Notes: generated by a model not told the origin, from the letters alone. Counted from the stretch's first letter, positions 25,561 to 35,853 are shown. The stretch: DNA of 64,000 nt from Deltaproteobacteria bacterium (GCA_026129095.1 JAHCIT010000002.1:310001-374000), one strand, 5' to 3'. Numbers and translations are program-made.

Positions 25561-27879
25561 TTACCGCCGCCGCCCCCGTCCGCCACGGGATGATTTCGGC
25601 GACGGGGGTTTCTTTGCCGTCGCACGGGTGTTCCGGAGCATCACGCCACCCACGCGCTTGTCGGTCCGCAGCCACCGGAACAGTATCCGCCGGCGGGCGA
25701 TGCTGGCATCGACCGCCTGCACATGCACACGGTCCCCGGCAGCGAAGGTCTTTCCGGTCCGCTGTCCGGCGAGCGCCGACCCGTCGGCGGTCAGCGTGTA
25801 GTGGTCGCCGTCTATCCCTTCGAGCGGCACCAGCCCCTCGGCCCCGAACTGGTCTATCGACACGTAAAAGCCGTGCCGGGCGACGCTCGTGACCGTGGCG
25901 TCGAATTCGCTGAACAGGTGCGTCTGCATGAACTCGGCCGTCTTGATGTCGTGCATGGCGCGCTCGGCCGTCATGGCAAGGCGCTCCCGCTCGGACGACT
26001 GGTTGCAGATCTCCTCCAGCCTGGGTTCCCGCGCACGGATGGCGCCGGTCTGGCCGCGCAGATAAGCCCGCAGCAGCCGGTGGACCTCAAGATCCGGATA
26101 GCGCCTTATGGGCGATGTAAAGTGCGTGTAGTTGCTGAAGGCAAGGCCGAAGTGGCCCTCGTTCCGGGGGGAATAACGCGCCTGCTTGAGCGAACGGAGG
26201 ATCAGCATGCTGGCGGCCCGTTCCACCGGCTTGCCCCGGAACTTCTCCACCGCTTTCTGGATGTCTTCGGGACGGACCTCGTCCTGGTAGTCCACCGATA
26301 CGCCAAACGGGGCCAGTTTTTCGTTGAGGTCGTCCACCTTCGCCGTATCGGGACGCTCATGGATCCGGTAGACGAACGGCAGCTCATTCTCCATAAACAG
26401 CTCGGCCGCCGCCCGGTTGGCGGCCAGCATGAACTCCTCGATGATCCGGTAGGCGAACAGGCGGGGCTTCAGCGTCATCCCCACGGCGCGTCCGGTGGCA
26501 TCGAAGTCGAACCTGAGCTCGGGGAGCTCCAGATCAATGGCTCCCTTCTTCATGCGCTCGTCGAGAAGCCTCGCCGCCAGTTCCTCCATCAGCTTCACGT
26601 TCGGCAGCAGGGCCTTGTGGCGCTCGACCGCCTCGATGCTCGTCCCGTCCAGAAGCTGCTGGACGAGCGTGTAGGTCATGCGCTCATGGTTGCGGATCAC
26701 CGACTCATAGAACTTCTTCGACACCGGCCGGCCGCTGGCATCGAATTCGATCTCGCAGGTGAGGGCCAGCCGGTCCACGCCGGGCTTGAGCGAGCACAGC
26801 TCGTTCGAAAGCGCCTCGGGCAACATTGGTATCACCCGGCCGGGGAGATAAATGCTGGTGGCGCGGAGGAGCGCCTCGTCATCCAGCGCCGTGCCTGGCC
26901 GGACGTAGTGCGAGACGTCGGCGATGGAAACCAGCAGGCGGTAGCCCCTGCCCGACCGCTCCACGAGAACCGCATCGTCGAAGTCCTTCGCATCCTCGCC
27001 GTCGATGGTGACGATCGGGAGCCCGCGCAGGTCGGTACGGCCCTGCTTGTCGGCATCCTTCACCTCCGCGCCGAACGATTCGGCCTCCCGCATGACGGCG
27101 GCCGGAAATGACTCCGGCAGCCGGAACTCGGAGACGATCCAGTCGAACTGGACCAAAGGGTCTTCGAGATCCCCGAGGACTTTCTTCAGGGTTCCCCGGG
27201 CCATCTCCTGGCCCCGGGACCGGACTCCGGCTTCAGGTTCGCTCACGGTAACGAGTACGATCTGGTTCACCGCCCTGCGGAGCAGCGGGTCATCCCCTTC
27301 CAGAAGGACCGGCGGAATCCGGTCGTCCAGCGGCTCGCAGATGAAGCGGCCCCGGCGCTCGGCAAGTGTTCCGGCGACAAACCGGCGAGCGCGTTCCTCG
27401 ATACCCACGATCCGGCCCACCCGGCGGCCCCCTGCACTCTCGCGGACCTCGACCCTCACCCGGTCGCCATGCATGGCTCCGCCGTGAAGCCCCTCCGGAA
27501 CGACCACATCCAGTCCGGTCGCCTTTCCGCCGCCCGGCTGGGCGACATAGCCGACGCCGGACCGGGTCTGTGAAAAGATGCCGGTCACGACGGCGCCGTC
27601 CCTGGCACCGGTGCCACGGGCAGGGGCGGAAGCCGGGCTTTTGGGCTTTCCCGTGCGGCCGGACGCCTGTTTGCCGCCATTTCCGGCGGCAGGCGGTTCT
27701 CCGGCGAACCGGTACCGCTTGCTCCCCACGCGGCGGGCCTCGCCCGCCCGGACGAGCTGTTCAAGCTGGTTCCTCAGCAAACGCTTGTCGAACCGTTTCA
27801 TACCCAAGGCGGCGGCCAGTTCGTCAATGCCGATGGCCGCCCCCTGACGCTTGAGTACTGCCAGAAGGCCCTGGGTCAT
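25561..27879 (-). CDS. rnr: Ribonuclease R
   Basis: HTH and CSD N-terminus, TIDGEDAKDFDDA, IEEFMLAAN, YTHFTSPIRRYPDL, S1 domain, basic tail. Confidence 0.95.
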   Translation of the reverse strand: MTQGLLAVLKRQGAAIGIDELAAALGMKRFDKRLLRNQLEQLVRAGEARRVGSKRYRFAGEPPAAGNGGKQASGRTGKPKSPASAPARGTGARDGAVVTGIFSQTRSGVGYVAQPGGGKATGLDVVVPEGLHGGAMHGDRVRVEVRESAGGRRVGRIVGIEERARRFVAGTLAERRGRFICEPLDDRIPPVLLEGDDPLLRRAVNQIVLVTVSEPEAGVRSRGQEMARGTLKKVLGDLEDPLVQFDWIVSEFRLPESFPAAVMREAESFGAEVKDADKQGRTDLRGLPIVTIDGEDAKDFDDAVLVERSGRGYRLLVSIADVSHYVRPGTALDDEALLRATSIYLPGRVIPMLPEALSNELCSLKPGVDRLALTCEIEFDASGRPVSKKFYESVIRNHERMTYTLVQQLLDGTSIEAVERHKALLPNVKLMEELAARLLDERMKKGAIDLELPELRFDFDATGRAVGMTLKPRLFAYRIIEEFMLAANRAAAELFMENELPFVYRIHERPDTAKVDDLNEKLAPFGVSVDYQDEVRPEDIQKAVEKFRGKPVERAASMLILRSLKQARYSPRNEGHFGLAFSNYTHFTSPIRRYPDLEVHRLLRAYLRGQTGAIRAREPRLEEICNQSSERERLAMTAERAMHDIKTAEFMQTHLFSEFDATVTSVARHGFYVSIDQFGAEGLVPLEGIDGDHYTLTADGSALAGQRTGKTFAAGDRVHVQAVDASIARRRILFRWLRTDKRVGGVMLRNTRATAKKPPSPKSSRGGRGRRR

Positions 27880-27955
27880 ATCCCGGTTTTTGCCGTTTTC
27901 CGCCAAAGTCTGCTGTCTCTCCGCCGTCCGCCCTGTGTTAACATGGTTGAACCCG

Positions 27956-28858
27956 ATGCCGAATTCCAGCCGCCATACCATCCCGGCCGAAAGTCTCACG
28001 ATCGTCATACCAGCCCGGGACGAGGCCCCGCATATCGGCCGCCTGGTGGCCGAAATCCGCGGCCGGTTTCCCGAAGCCGAGATCGTCGTGGTCGATGACG
28101 GCTCGGCCGACGAAACGGGCACACTCGCCGCCGGCGCCGGGGCCTCCGTGCTCCGGCACCCGTACCCCTTGGGCAACGGCGCGGCCGTGCGAAGGGGAAT
28201 CCGCGCATCGCGCCGGGAGTGGGTGCTGCTCATGGATGGAGACGGGCAGCACCGGCCGGACGAGATCGGGAGGCTTCTGGATGGCGCGGAGGAGTATGTG
28301 CTCACGGTCGGGGCGAGAAATTACCAGGGCCAGACGGCGCTCCGCGCGTTCGGGAACCGCATTTTCAACCTGCTGGCCACCTACGTGAGCGGTGTCCCCG
28401 TGCGTGACCTTACCAGCGGCATGCGTCTGTATCGCCGCCGGGCGGTCGCCACCCTCCTGCCCCTGTTTCCGAACGGGTTTTCCTCGCCCGCCACCGGAAC
28501 GCTGGGGATCCTGCGATCGGGACTGCCCGTCAGGTTCGTGCCGGTACAAACTGGCCCCGGCGAGCGTCCGTCCCATCTGAACCCGTGGGCCGAAGGCGTC
28601 CGCTTCCTCATGATCATCTTCCGGATCGCCACGCTCTATTCGCCGCTCAAGGTGTTCCTCCCGCTTGCCTCACTCCTGTTTTTCGGGGGCGGGCTGTACC
28701 TGGGCTGGAGCCTCATGCGTCACCAGACGTTCCCGCCAGCCGCGCTGTTCACGCTGACTTCTGCCGTGCTGATCCTGGGGCTTGGAATGCTGTCGGAGCA
28801 GATCAGCCAGCTGCGGTTCAGCCGGGCGCTGGAAACCGGCGACGAGGAGATCCGGTGA
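27956..28858 (+). CDS. Glycosyltransferase family 2 (DPM1-like) with C-terminal TM helices
   Basis: VIPARDE, VVDDGSADET, MDGDGQH and DLTSGMR motifs. Confidence 0.9.
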   Translation: MPNSSRHTIPAESLTIVIPARDEAPHIGRLVAEIRGRFPEAEIVVVDDGSADETGTLAAGAGASVLRHPYPLGNGAAVRRGIRASRREWVLLMDGDGQHRPDEIGRLLDGAEEYVLTVGARNYQGQTALRAFGNRIFNLLATYVSGVPVRDLTSGMRLYRRRAVATLLPLFPNGFSSPATGTLGILRSGLPVRFVPVQTGPGERPSHLNPWAEGVRFLMIIFRIATLYSPLKVFLPLASLLFFGGGLYLGWSLMRHQTFPPAALFTLTSAVLILGLGMLSEQISQLRFSRALETGDEEIR

Positions 28859-29370
28859 TGGGCGATTCCAGGCCAGATCCCCTGACCGGAACGATCCCCC
28901 GCAGCGAGAAGATGCGGGGCCCCGTGGGGCTGGCCGCGGGCGGGATAAAGCGGGTGCTCCACATGCTCACCCGCGAGCTGCCCCTGCCCCCGACCACGCG
29001 GGCTGCGCTTCACCGTCTGAGAGGGGTGAAGGTGGGAAAAAATGTCTTCATCGGCGCCGAGGTGTTCATCGACGACGCCGAACCGGAAGCGGTGGCCATC
29101 GAGGACGATGTGGTCATCCTGGTCCGCTCGACACTGCTTGGGCACGCCTACTACCCGTACCGGTTCCGGCCGTGGATCGAGGAAGCCAGGAACCGCCGGG
29201 GAATCGTGATCCGGAAGGGAGCCTATCTTGGCGCCTGCGTCACGGTCCTCCCCGGTGTCGAGATCGGCGAGGGCGCGATGGTCGCCGCCGGGTCGGTCGT
29301 CACGCAGGACGTTCCATCACGTACCCTCGTTGCCGGTGTCCCGGCCCGTGTGATACGCGAACTCGCGTGA
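28858..29370 (+). CDS. Hexapeptide-repeat (LbH) acyltransferase
   Basis: GVKVGKNVFIG...VLPGVEIGEGAMVAAGSVVTQDVP...VAGVPA. Confidence 0.9.
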   Translation: MGDSRPDPLTGTIPRSEKMRGPVGLAAGGIKRVLHMLTRELPLPPTTRAALHRLRGVKVGKNVFIGAEVFIDDAEPEAVAIEDDVVILVRSTLLGHAYYPYRFRPWIEEARNRRGIVIRKGAYLGACVTVLPGVEIGEGAMVAAGSVVTQDVPSRTLVAGVPARVIRELA

Positions 29371-29927
29371 ACGAGCCGCACCATTCAGCACCCCACAATC
29401 CCCGGACGACCCTGAGAAATCCCTGGCTTCTCATGCCCCTTGTCCTGCTGGTGGCAGCCGTCATCGGCTTCCGCCTTACCGTCAGCCGCGAAAAAACCGT
29501 CGGCTTCATGTACAAGCCGGTCAACCCGGCCATCTTCGCCCATGTGGAAGTCCCCGCGACCGGCCTGTCCGGAACCTGGTACGATACGCGGCGGTGGCTG
29601 GGCACAGGCGATGAAGGCCGTCATACCTTCTGGTCCAAGGCGCACCGGTATCATCTGTTCTTCAGCCGGACCAGCGAAACAGTGGAGCAGTGGATCAAGC
29701 GGACCGACGAAACCCGCGAGCTGTTCCGCAGCGGAAAGGACGTCGGGCTTCCGCACGACAATCCCTGCATTCTTTCCGCCGCCGCCATCCAGGCACGCCC
29801 CCGTCCGAAGGTGGACGGCATCATGGCAAACCTGTTCATCCGGGGCGGCGTGGAGATCGAGGTGAGCGGCAATCTCGGTCCGCCGGAACTTGCCGAACTG
29901 GTCAGCTCCATCCGCTGCGGCGAATAG
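29367..29927 (+). CDS. Hypothetical membrane-anchored protein
   Basis: GTGA overlap with the upstream gene; single N-terminal TM helix. Confidence 0.55.
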   Translation: MNEPHHSAPHNPRTTLRNPWLLMPLVLLVAAVIGFRLTVSREKTVGFMYKPVNPAIFAHVEVPATGLSGTWYDTRRWLGTGDEGRHTFWSKAHRYHLFFSRTSETVEQWIKRTDETRELFRSGKDVGLPHDNPCILSAAAIQARPRPKVDGIMANLFIRGGVEIEVSGNLGPPELAELVSSIRCGE

Positions 29928-29930
29928 AGG

Positions 29931-31145
29931 TCAGTTCCGCTCCAGCACCGTGACCGACTCGATGTGGGCGGTCATCGGGAACTGGTCGAACAGCCCGCAC
30001 GAAACGATCCGGTACGAACCGGTTTCCAGCACCGGCCTCAGGTCACGCGCCAGCGTTGCCGGGTGGCAGGACACATAACCGATCCGCTCCGGCTTCAGGT
30101 GGCTGACGAACGCCGGCAACGCTTCGCAGCCATCCCACGGCGGGTCCAGCACCAGAAGGCCCGCGGGCCCGGTCCGGGGCGCAAGGTCTGCCGACACCGC
30201 AGCCGGAAATACCTTCACGTTCAGCAGATGCAGCCGCTGGAGGTTATCCTTCAGCTGGGCGAGAGCGGCCGCGTCGGTTTCCACCGCATCCACCCAGGCG
30301 GCTTTTCTGGCCAGTCCCGCCGTGAAGGTGCCGATACCGGCAAACAGTTCGACCACACGGGTCTTGCGGTCCTTCACCAGCCCGTCAATGCGGGAGGCGA
30401 TCTCGCGGGCAACGGCCGGATTGGCCTGCGAGAATGCGAGCGGCGACAGTCCGATTTCCAGATCCGAAGCCGTACGGAACCGGACCGGCTCGGCGGGACG
30501 CCGTATCCACCGGGTTCCTCCGCGGCGGTCCTCGAAAATGGCCTCCACGTCGCCGGTACCCCGGTCACCGGCCAGCAGAACCAGCTCGCCCGGTTCGGGC
30601 TCGATGAGGTGCCGGTCGCGGATCTCCCGCAGCAGACGGTTCACGGCGGGAGCAGCCACGGGACAGGAGTCTATTTCGAGAAGCTGCCGGGAATGGCGCC
30701 TGCGGAGCCCGATGAGTGGCCGCCCCCCTGCCCGCACGACGCCGAGCCGGAGCCGGTGACGATAGCCGAGCGGTTCCGGAGAGCGGTGAAATTCCACTTC
30801 CGGGAGATGACCGCCAATTCCATGCTGCTGGAATGCGCGCCGGAACAGATCCAGCTTGACCCGGACCTGCGCCGCAACAGACAGGAACTGGAAGTCGCAT
30901 CCGCCACAGGCATCTGCATGAGGGCACGGCGGCTCCACGCGGTCCGGACCCGGCACGGCCACAGCGGCAATCTCCGCCTCCAGGTGGCTCTTTCGTTCAT
31001 CCGTGATGCGGACACTGAGCCGGTCCCCCGGCGTTCCATTGGGCACATGGACCGTACGGCCATCGGCCAGGCGGCCAAATGCCTCGCCGGAGTGGAGCAT
31101 CCCCTCGATGACGAGTTCGACCGGTCCGTCAGGTTCCGCCATCAT
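29931..31145 (-). CDS. rlmD: 23S rRNA m5U methyltransferase, RlmD/TrmA family
   Basis: TRAM domain, CPHADACGGC Fe-S motif, FSQAN, ELFAGIG, LDPP, YVSCHPATLARD and DQFPMTAHIE. Confidence 0.88.
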   Translation of the reverse strand: MMAEPDGPVELVIEGMLHSGEAFGRLADGRTVHVPNGTPGDRLSVRITDERKSHLEAEIAAVAVPGPDRVEPPCPHADACGGCDFQFLSVAAQVRVKLDLFRRAFQQHGIGGHLPEVEFHRSPEPLGYRHRLRLGVVRAGGRPLIGLRRRHSRQLLEIDSCPVAAPAVNRLLREIRDRHLIEPEPGELVLLAGDRGTGDVEAIFEDRRGGTRWIRRPAEPVRFRTASDLEIGLSPLAFSQANPAVAREIASRIDGLVKDRKTRVVELFAGIGTFTAGLARKAAWVDAVETDAAALAQLKDNLQRLHLLNVKVFPAAVSADLAPRTGPAGLLVLDPPWDGCEALPAFVSHLKPERIGYVSCHPATLARDLRPVLETGSYRIVSCGLFDQFPMTAHIESVTVLERN

Positions 31146-31822
31146 TTCGGCACCGGCCACGCCTCGCCGGGCCGGGCGAACTTCATCAGCGCCCAGCCGC
31201 GCTTCACCGCTTCGCGGAACAGGAACGGATCGGCGTTCACCGCAACGGGGTGCCCCACCGCCTCCAGCGCGGTGATATCGGAAAGCGAATCGCTGTAGAA
31301 AAACGACGAGAGCAGGTTGATCCCTTCCTCCCGGGCAAACTGTTCCATCTGGCTCCGCTTGCCGTCGCCATAACACATGGGCGGAATGATCCGCCCGGTG
31401 AACCGGCCGTCCGCGCCCACTTCCAGCCGCGTGCAGAGATAGCCGTCCAGTTCCAGCCACCGGCAAACGGGTGCGCAGACGTAAGGTGTCGATGCCGACA
31501 GCAGGTAGATTTTATCGCCCCGGCGGCGGTGCCAGCGGACCTGCTCCATCGCATCGGCCGATATCCGGGGGCGAACATAGTCATCGAACCACTGGTCACA
31601 CTCGTCGATGAACTCCTGCTCGACGTGTCCCCTGACCATCTGGAGGGCCCGGGCGGCGGTCTTTTCAGGATCCAGCAGCGCCAGCTTGTGCAGAACCAGG
31701 GTGTAGGCAGTCAGCGCCAGGTCGGCCGCCGAAAAGCGGCCCGATTCGAACATGGCCTTGGCCCACAGGCGGCCGGAATTATCGCACAGGAGCGTGTCGT
31801 CGAGATCAAAGAATGCGGCCAT
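31142..31822 (-). CDS. HAD-IB family hydrolase (SerB-like)
   Basis: FFDLDDTL, LSAS and YSDSLSD...PVAVN. Start may be 31900. Confidence 0.9.
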   Translation of the reverse strand: MAAFFDLDDTLLCDNSGRLWAKAMFESGRFSAADLALTAYTLVLHKLALLDPEKTAARALQMVRGHVEQEFIDECDQWFDDYVRPRISADAMEQVRWHRRRGDKIYLLSASTPYVCAPVCRWLELDGYLCTRLEVGADGRFTGRIIPPMCYGDGKRSQMEQFAREEGINLLSSFFYSDSLSDITALEAVGHPVAVNADPFLFREAVKRGWALMKFARPGEAWPVPK

Positions 31823-31856
31823 GAACGGTAGTCCTGCTTCCTCTCCGGGCCTGTTG

Positions 31857-32732
31857 TTATCCCGAACCGTCCGGTCTCTCAAGCGGCGGAACAGTGACAT
31901 CGAAACGGTCCAGTTCCGGCTTCCAGGCAGCGGGGACCGGCGCGTGGGCCAGCACCGGCCGGCCCTCCCATTCAAATCTGATCCAGCAGGCGTGCAGCAG
32001 CAGCCGGGCCGCCTTCACGCCGCCACCGGCCGTATCCCCGGCGACCGGCGAGCCTTCACTGGCAAGATGCCGCCGTATCTGCCGCGTCCGGCCGGTTTCC
32101 AGTTCCAGAACCAGCGCCGCCGCCCGGGGGGACCGCGAAAGGACACGGGCATGTGTCACGGCGGGACGGCCATCAAGCGGCATTTCGACTGTCTTCAGGC
32201 TCCAGGCGGGCGGCGGCGAGACAACTCCCACATAATACCGCCGGATTTCGTGACTGCCGAACATCCGGTTGAGGACAGCCTGTGCCTTCTGGTGACGGGC
32301 CACCACCAGAAGGCCGCTGGTGGCGGCGTCAAGGCGATGGGTAATGAGACCGCCACCCGGAATCCCCTTTTCCAGCCAGCCGGATACGGTGCCGGAGACG
32401 CCGGAACGTGTCGGCTCCACCGGCATTCCCGCCGGCTTGTCCAGAATGATGAAATCTCCTGTTTCCAGAACCACTGCTGGCGTCTCGCTCACCACCGGAG
32501 CCAGCTCGTAGCAGACGATTTCCTGACTGGCCCGAACCGCTCGCGAGCAGATCCGGACACGGACGCGGTCCACGAAAACAGAGCCCGCCTCAGCCAGCTT
32601 GCGGGCCCGGCCACGGCTCAGGCCCGGCACTGCAGCGGCCAGCGCCCGGTCCAGCCGCTCGCCATCGAGCGATTCCGGCACCCGGAACCGGGCGAGAGGT
32701 TCACGGGTGGTAAAATCCCCGGATCCGCTCAC
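31857..32732 (-). CDS. RluA/RluD family pseudouridine synthase with S4 domain
   Basis: RLDRAL S4 domain, DKPAG, HRLDAATSG, ETGRTRQIR and LLLHA. Confidence 0.92.
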   Translation of the reverse strand: MSGSGDFTTREPLARFRVPESLDGERLDRALAAAVPGLSRGRARKLAEAGSVFVDRVRVRICSRAVRASQEIVCYELAPVVSETPAVVLETGDFIILDKPAGMPVEPTRSGVSGTVSGWLEKGIPGGGLITHRLDAATSGLLVVARHQKAQAVLNRMFGSHEIRRYYVGVVSPPPAWSLKTVEMPLDGRPAVTHARVLSRSPRAAALVLELETGRTRQIRRHLASEGSPVAGDTAGGGVKAARLLLHACWIRFEWEGRPVLAHAPVPAAWKPELDRFDVTVPPLERPDGSG

Positions 32733-33610
32733 GGAGTTACGTCGCAGGCAAGGAAGGGCAACGTGGCAACGAGACCCGGCGCAGGAAGCTGGTCCGGGTC
32801 GGACGAGTCGAACACGATGAAAAAGTTGTTGTCACCCGACTGGCCCGCGGTAAAACCGGCGGCGGCCAGTTCGCCGGAATCGAAAGTAATCGTGAAATCG
32901 CCGGTAGACCCATTGAACGAAAAGGGGGCGGCCGTTCCCGGCGGATTCGCGGGATCTATGGGTGCCGCCAGATCAGCCTCATCGACGCGGTACAGCGTGG
33001 CGTTGCCGGCAATCTCCGACGGTGTTCCGAACGAACCCGTGATACCGGTAGTGGCATTGAAGGCGCAGGCGGTGTCTATCACGCCTCCGTCACGGGCCGC
33101 ATAAACGGGCGAGGTGAACCGGACTCCGTTGCGGACGGCGAGGGTAACGCGCCCTTCAGACGGAACCGGCACTCCGTCAGGTCCGACGGGGGAAAACTCG
33201 TTCGTGGCACTGAAGGTGAACACGTTGTCCGCCTCGGGCTCCATCGGCGAAAGGGCGTGCCGCAGGGGATCGGCGAGCACCAGATCAAACGCGCCGCCCG
33301 CCCCGACCACCAGCGGATAGGCTCCGGCGAGGGGAAGCGTCCCGATTCCATTTACCAGCCGGTAACTGACGATATTGTTGTCAACGCCGTTCAGCACCCG
33401 TCCCTGGATGAACAGGAGCGGCTGGGCACCGTTATTGGTCGTAATGGTGGCCCGGGCGTCGCCCTGCCGGATACCATCGTCGCCATCATCAAAGGGGGAA
33501 ATGAACTGGAAAAGCGGCTCCCGGCTGCCCCCTCCCCCGCCACAGGCATTGACAGCCAGCAGTCCCGCCGCCAGCAAAACGCGCCTTGTCGATGAAAACC
33601 ACCCGGCCAT
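32729..33610 (-). CDS. Hypothetical beta-rich lipoprotein
   Basis: Signal RRVLLAAGLLAVNAC followed by GGGGG; GTGA-type overlap with the downstream gene. Confidence 0.65.
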   Translation of the reverse strand: MAGWFSSTRRVLLAAGLLAVNACGGGGGSREPLFQFISPFDDGDDGIRQGDARATITTNNGAQPLLFIQGRVLNGVDNNIVSYRLVNGIGTLPLAGAYPLVVGAGGAFDLVLADPLRHALSPMEPEADNVFTFSATNEFSPVGPDGVPVPSEGRVTLAVRNGVRFTSPVYAARDGGVIDTACAFNATTGITGSFGTPSEIAGNATLYRVDEADLAAPIDPANPPGTAAPFSFNGSTGDFTITFDSGELAAAGFTAGQSGDNNFFIVFDSSDPDQLPAPGLVATLPFLACDVTP

Positions 33611-33722
33611 CCTGCCGGGCGTTGTAGGGCCGTGTCCGGCAAAAGGTCAACAGGGGCCGCCATTGGCGTGATACGCGGCATGGATTTGCGGCGGCCAAGC
33701 CCGTAGAATCCCCTCTCCATCC

Positions 33723-35849
33723 GTGGATACAGCGCCAGACCATACGCCTCCGGCCCCCAGGGCCCGGCTCACCCGGTTCGAGTGGCTGGGGCTCGTTGCC
33801 GCCCCGATCGCAATATTCTCGATCATGGTTTCCGTTGCCATGCTGCCGGCCGTATTCGGCGGGTTCCACTTCGATGACGCCTCGCTCATCACGGAAAACC
33901 CCCATCTCGTGAAAGAGCAGTACCTCTCCCAGTATTCCCAGCAGAACTGGTTCCGGTGGCGGCTGTACCAGTCGTTCAAGAACGACATCCGGCTTGCCGG
34001 TGGCAGTATCTCGGCCGAACTGATGCACGCCATGAATATCATCAACCACATCCAGACGGCGGTCGTCTGGGCCCTGCTGATCGGATGGGTACTGGTCCGG
34101 CTGGGACGGTCAGCGAGGGAACAGGCATTCGTCACGGCGGTATCAACCGGCATCTTCCTGGTGCATCCGATCATGAGCGAGCCGGTGGCCTACGTCGCCG
34201 GACGGGCCGATGTGCTCTCCGCCCTGTTCATGCTGACTGGAGTTCTGCTTTACTGCATCACTTTCATCACCGATGCGTCGAAACCAAAGGGTCTTGTTCT
34301 CGCGTTCGTGACGTACGGCCTTTCGATGCTGATGCTCGTCTGGGCGATCTTCACCAAGGAGTCGGCGATCATCTTCCCGGTTCTGGTCCTCGGCGTCTGG
34401 TTGCTGGCGTTCGAGAAGGCCCCGCAGAGCTTCCAGAAGATCAAATGGGGACTCGGGCTGCCCGTGCTGCTGGGGATCGGCCTGGTCGTGGCCCGGGCGG
34501 TCGTGTTCGGAACACCCGGAAACCCCGACACCGACCGGCCAGTGGACGAGACCCTGGCGACAAACGCCTGGGCCGTCATCAATTATATCTGGCTGTGGTT
34601 TGTCCCCTACGGACAGTCCCTGGACCACGACTTCACCCCGGTGGAGAGCCTCTTCACCATCCGGTTTGCCATTGCACTGACCGTTATCATTTCGCTGATG
34701 CGCCTGGCCTGGCGCTGGCGGCGGGAAGAACCCCTCTACACCTTCGGACTGTTCCTGTTTTTCCTGGGACTGGCGCCCACGACCAGCATCATTCCGATCA
34801 CCGACCTGTTCGTCGAGCGGCGGATGTACGTCCCCTCGATGGGGCTTTCCCTTATCGCAGCCGTGTTTGTCTACCGGCGCATCCGCGAAGCCCGCCGGAG
34901 CGGCAATCCACGGCAGCTCCGGCGGTGGCAGCTCGCCGTTCCAGCGGTCATTGTCCTGCTGACCCTGTTTTCCCTGCGGATGGGATTCATCTGGAGTTCC
35001 GACGTATCCGTCTGGAAAAATGCGGCGAACCGGGCGCAATTCAAGCCCCGGCCCTGGCGAAACCTCGGCACCGCGTATCTTGAGGCCGGCGATCCCCATT
35101 CCGCAGTCACCGCCTTCTCCCGGCTCTTTGAGCTCGATCCAAAGAACGTGCCCGGATTCGTCAACGCGGCCGAGGCCCTCAGGCAGATGAACCAGTTTGA
35201 CAACGCCTGGGACATCCTGAACCGGAACGTGCTCCTGCTGCAGCCCAACAGTGTCGAGGCCCGGATGAATCTTGCCATGATCGCCGAGCAGCGCGGCCAG
35301 CCGGAGCGGGCCCGTGCCATGCTGGAGGACGCGCTCGTCCACAACCCCGATTTCGTCCCGGCCATCGTCCGGATGGGGACGCTGGCCTATGCCGAGGGAG
35401 ATTCGCACTTGGCCCGCGAACACTTCGAGCGGGCCCTGCGGCTGTCACCCAATGAAATCGTCGCCCACCGCTACCTTGCACTTATCTACTCACACGACCA
35501 GGTCGATCTGAAACGCGCCCGGGAGCATGTGGAGCAGCTGGCCCACCTGTCTGCCGGAGATCCCGCCATCCGCAGGGAACTGGCGGCCCTGATGATCCAG
35601 ACCGGAGATCTGGCCGGGGGTTTCCGGATTTTCCAGGAGCTCGCCGAGGCAGATCCGGACGATGCCACATCCATGCTGGCACTCTCCCAGCTTCATGCCC
35701 GCCAGCAGAACTACATGGCCGCCTGCGCGTGGGCCATCAGGGCCGCACGGGTAGACCAGCTTGCCGCCGAGGAGTACCTGTCCTTCTGCCTCGTTCCGAC
35801 TGCCCGGCAGGGAACCCAGGACAGGGACGGCGGCATGCCGCCGGGCTGA
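33723..35849 (+). CDS. TMTC-like GT-C glycosyltransferase with C-terminal TPR repeats
   Basis: FHFDD acidic loop after TM1, HPIMSEPVAYVAGRADVL, KE, ERRMYVPS, WSSDVSVW, then a TPR array. Confidence 0.85.
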   Translation: MDTAPDHTPPAPRARLTRFEWLGLVAAPIAIFSIMVSVAMLPAVFGGFHFDDASLITENPHLVKEQYLSQYSQQNWFRWRLYQSFKNDIRLAGGSISAELMHAMNIINHIQTAVVWALLIGWVLVRLGRSAREQAFVTAVSTGIFLVHPIMSEPVAYVAGRADVLSALFMLTGVLLYCITFITDASKPKGLVLAFVTYGLSMLMLVWAIFTKESAIIFPVLVLGVWLLAFEKAPQSFQKIKWGLGLPVLLGIGLVVARAVVFGTPGNPDTDRPVDETLATNAWAVINYIWLWFVPYGQSLDHDFTPVESLFTIRFAIALTVIISLMRLAWRWRREEPLYTFGLFLFFLGLAPTTSIIPITDLFVERRMYVPSMGLSLIAAVFVYRRIREARRSGNPRQLRRWQLAVPAVIVLLTLFSLRMGFIWSSDVSVWKNAANRAQFKPRPWRNLGTAYLEAGDPHSAVTAFSRLFELDPKNVPGFVNAAEALRQMNQFDNAWDILNRNVLLLQPNSVEARMNLAMIAEQRGQPERARAMLEDALVHNPDFVPAIVRMGTLAYAEGDSHLAREHFERALRLSPNEIVAHRYLALIYSHDQVDLKRAREHVEQLAHLSAGDPAIRRELAALMIQTGDLAGGFRIFQELAEADPDDATSMLALSQLHARQQNYMAACAWAIRAARVDQLAAEEYLSFCLVPTARQGTQDRDGGMPPG

Positions 35850-35853
35850 CGCC

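Noticed and set aside
27880-28305. N-terminal extensions in the ORF track for rnr (also purN, rlmD, SCP2, ALDH, livG)
   Set aside because: They overlap neighbouring real genes and precede the recognisable family N-termini; downstream starts were chosen.
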